The notes under the pieces are model-generated. The model made no database searches. It was given only the letters and a program-made list of their open reading frames with translations, and was not told the DNA's origin. Shown piece by piece: positions 61,755 through 64,000 of a DNA stretch of 64,000 nucleotides. This stretch comes from Dicyema japonicum (Eukaryota; Animalia; Dicyemida): assembly GCA_011109175.1 (NCBI GenBank), contig RDEW01000037.1:40635-104634 (forward strand). Reading direction: 5' to 3'. The translations under genes were made by a program, and so were the position numbers. Within the stretch, counting starts at the first letter, position 1. The number at the start of each line of letters is the position of its first letter.

Positions 61755-62249
61755 ATGAAAAAGTTTAAGAAAATATGTCTAAGATATCATCCTATCCATT
61801 TTCCACTAAATTTTATAAATTTGATAGGAATTTGTTTTCTTACGATTGGAGTTTTTGTTATTTTAGTTTCCTTTACTTTGGAAAAAAATGTGCCAACATC
61901 CAAAATTGTACCTGCCAAAAATATTTTGCACATTTTTGGGATAACATCGATTATTGTCGGGGGAAGTGCGATATTTATTGTGTTGACTGTTGTTATATAC
62001 AAATGTGAGTCTAAAAAAACATCATCTTCTTTACGAGAAAATGAAGGAATTTTGAGGAGGAAAAGAACAGGCCCTCTTAATGAAAGAGAATTGTTGCTAT
62101 ATCGAACTTTTGCCAATTCAGCCGTTCGATGGTTATCACCAATGCCGAAAGAGCAAACTTGGAATATTAAAATCAATAAATGCCAGAAAAAATACGACCA
62201 ATTTAATCAAAAACAACCAGATTATATTACACAGATAATAAAACCTTAA
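61755..62249 (+). CDS. Hypothetical two-TM membrane protein, intronless
   Basis: ~164-aa open frame in very AT-rich DNA; two hydrophobic segments (LIGICFLTIGVFVILVSF; IFGITSIIVGGSAIFIVLTVVI) and a charged tail; start uncertain. Confidence 0.55.
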   Translation: MKKFKKICLRYHPIHFPLNFINLIGICFLTIGVFVILVSFTLEKNVPTSKIVPAKNILHIFGITSIIVGGSAIFIVLTVVIYKCESKKTSSSLRENEGILRRKRTGPLNERELLLYRTFANSAVRWLSPMPKEQTWNIKINKCQKKYDQFNQKQPDYITQIIKP

Positions 62250-62851
62250 ATTAATGAACTTGTTAATTTTATTATTTTAAAAGATTTTGTAATAATTATA
62301 TTTCTAATTCCAACGCAAACTAGAAATACAAAATACAGATACAAAGAGGGTTATAAAGAGTGTATTTATGGGATCCGAGTGTATTTACTGTTGAATTTTC
62401 AGCCATTGACAAGAGCATGGGAATATTAAGTTCGCAAATCTATTATGTGGACTGAAATTTCAATTGAGCCCGAAAGTGACTGGAAAAAAATCGCTGCATT
62501 TTTCAATGTGAATTTAAAGAGAAGTCAAATAAATTCTCATTCATAAATAAATTAATTTGTCTTGTTGTTTTGGAAAGGGAAATAATACCCACAAAGGATT
62601 TTATGCCTGAGTAGTTCATCACGATGTATGTGAATTCGAAGTCAAATCAGCGTTTGTAAGTTGAGATCCAGTTTAAAATGAAAATGAAACGAATATCGAT
62701 ATTCGCGTCACAACGCCGTTTCGATGTAAAAGAAAAAATATCAATTATATAAATATTATTATTATACCCCACGATCACAGGGTTAAAGAAAAGAAATCAG
62801 TTCTCAACTATCTAAGTGAATCGTAAAATTCTTTGAGCATTTCAGAAGATA

Positions 62852-63290
62852 TTAAAAAATTTTCTTCTCTAACTGATCAAAAGAATCTTGAGTTATAAAA
62901 AACTCATTGATGTAAGTCAAGTCACATGAATTTTTTTCTCCACAAATAGATTTGAATTTCAGTTCATGTCGCTTTTTAAATCTGTCAAGCCAGCCGTTTA
63001 AAGCTTTGAAAGTATCAAATCCAATTTTTGAAGCCGTATATAAGGCAATTTTCTTTATGAAAGGACCTGATAATGGAACCTTATCTTCGCGTAGATTCTG
63101 AAATATTTCTAAAACTTGATCATCGAATTTAGATTTCTCACAATAAGGCATAAGATTCTCATCCTGGTTCAGAAAAGGTACAATTGTTTTTTTTTATTCG
63201 CGAAATCATGCGTTTAATAGTTTTGTATTTTTTATTATCTGTCTTTCAGATAATTTTTCTTCAATATCAATTTAGCAATCGTTAATTTTG
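62852..63290 (-). mobile_element. Tigger/pogo transposase, N-terminal HTH (CENP-B type)
   Basis: VPLSGPFIKKIA...FKALNGWLDRFKKRHELKFKSICGE. Confidence 0.85.
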
Positions 63291-63499
63291 TTTCGTAGTT
63301 AATAACCATTCACAAACAAAAAATTTAAATAAACGTGTAAATTAAATTATATATTTATTAATAAAATATAATTTTATTTACTTATAATTTCATTCCCCAC
63401 AATTATATAGTGCCTCATAATTTCCATATTTTTTATCGAGTTTCCATTTTACTCTGCAAAATGTTGGCCAAAAAACTTATGAATTGGAATAGATTATAT

Positions 63500-64000
63500 T
63501 TTTATCTATTCAATATTATTGTAATGAATTAGATAATCATGATTATTACACAATTTAAGAAAGTTATTCTACAATACTTGTCGATTGGAATCTATTTTAA
63601 TTCACATGAAATCATTTGAGTGTTTAAACATTTAATGGTCTACATTCTATCACCTGGAAAATAGTTTGCAATGCATTACAGGTTCTATATATATGAAAAA
63701 ATTCCATTTGAGATTCTTGATCATCTCTGATTGTAATAATTATTAAAAAACACTTGTGAATATTGATTCTTCCATATAAATGTAGTCAATTTAAGATCTT
63801 TATAGGATCAACTAAATTATTCAACACTAATTGTGACTTAATAATCACTATAGCTTTTATCAAATTATTGTAATGAATTAGATAATCATGATTATTACAC
63901 AATCTAAAAGTTATTCTACAATACTTGTGACTTGATATGCAATATAGCATTTATCCATATTATTGTAATGAATAGATAATCATGTTCAATTACACAATCG
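63500..64000 (-). repeat. Diverged satellite monomers, same family as 47540-59806, reverse orientation
   Basis: tattattgtaatgaattagataatcatgattattacacaat is the reverse complement of the core; gagattcttgatcat matches the long-variant segment. Confidence 0.85.

Noticed and set aside
60190-63460. Terminal inverted repeats for the Tigger remnants
   Set aside because: Only a short tcgataaaaa-type match in AT-rich DNA; not convincing.

Overview
AT-rich eukaryotic genomic DNA, most likely animal. Small compact gene islands sit among decayed retrotransposons and next to a ~12.3 kb satellite array. Host genes recovered by manual splicing: an intronless epsin (9718-10845, -); an SDR16C-type short-chain dehydrogenase (13396-14421, -, 5 introns); a meckelin/TMEM67 that begins just before its first TM helix and carries one frameshift (14491-16068, +, 9 introns); a multi-Ig type I membrane protein (18764-20159, +, ~9 introns); and an orphan 2-TM ORF (61755-62249, +). 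Almost all inferred introns are 21-25 nt GT-AG micro-introns read with the standard code. Together with a ciliary gene and Ig domains, this suggests a dicyemid-like metazoan (inference). Mobile DNA includes APE-type LINEs, RTE-clade LINEs, three CRE-like families with a restriction-like endonuclease (RLE), R4-like RLE fragments, two tRNA-headed SINE families, and hAT, Tigger/pogo and integrase fragments. Most notable: (1) a near-complete CRE-like element with an N-terminal PHD finger, bracketed by an inverted copy of its own 3' end; (2) all CRE bodies on one strand; (3) two SINE families with a shared head but tails from two different LINE clades; (4) a ~96-bp satellite with modular, irregular higher-order structure and an internal inversion; (5) an apparently ectodomain-less TMEM67. 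No CRISPR, rRNA or intact tRNA gene is supported. TE boundaries are by eye and approximate; no database searches were run.
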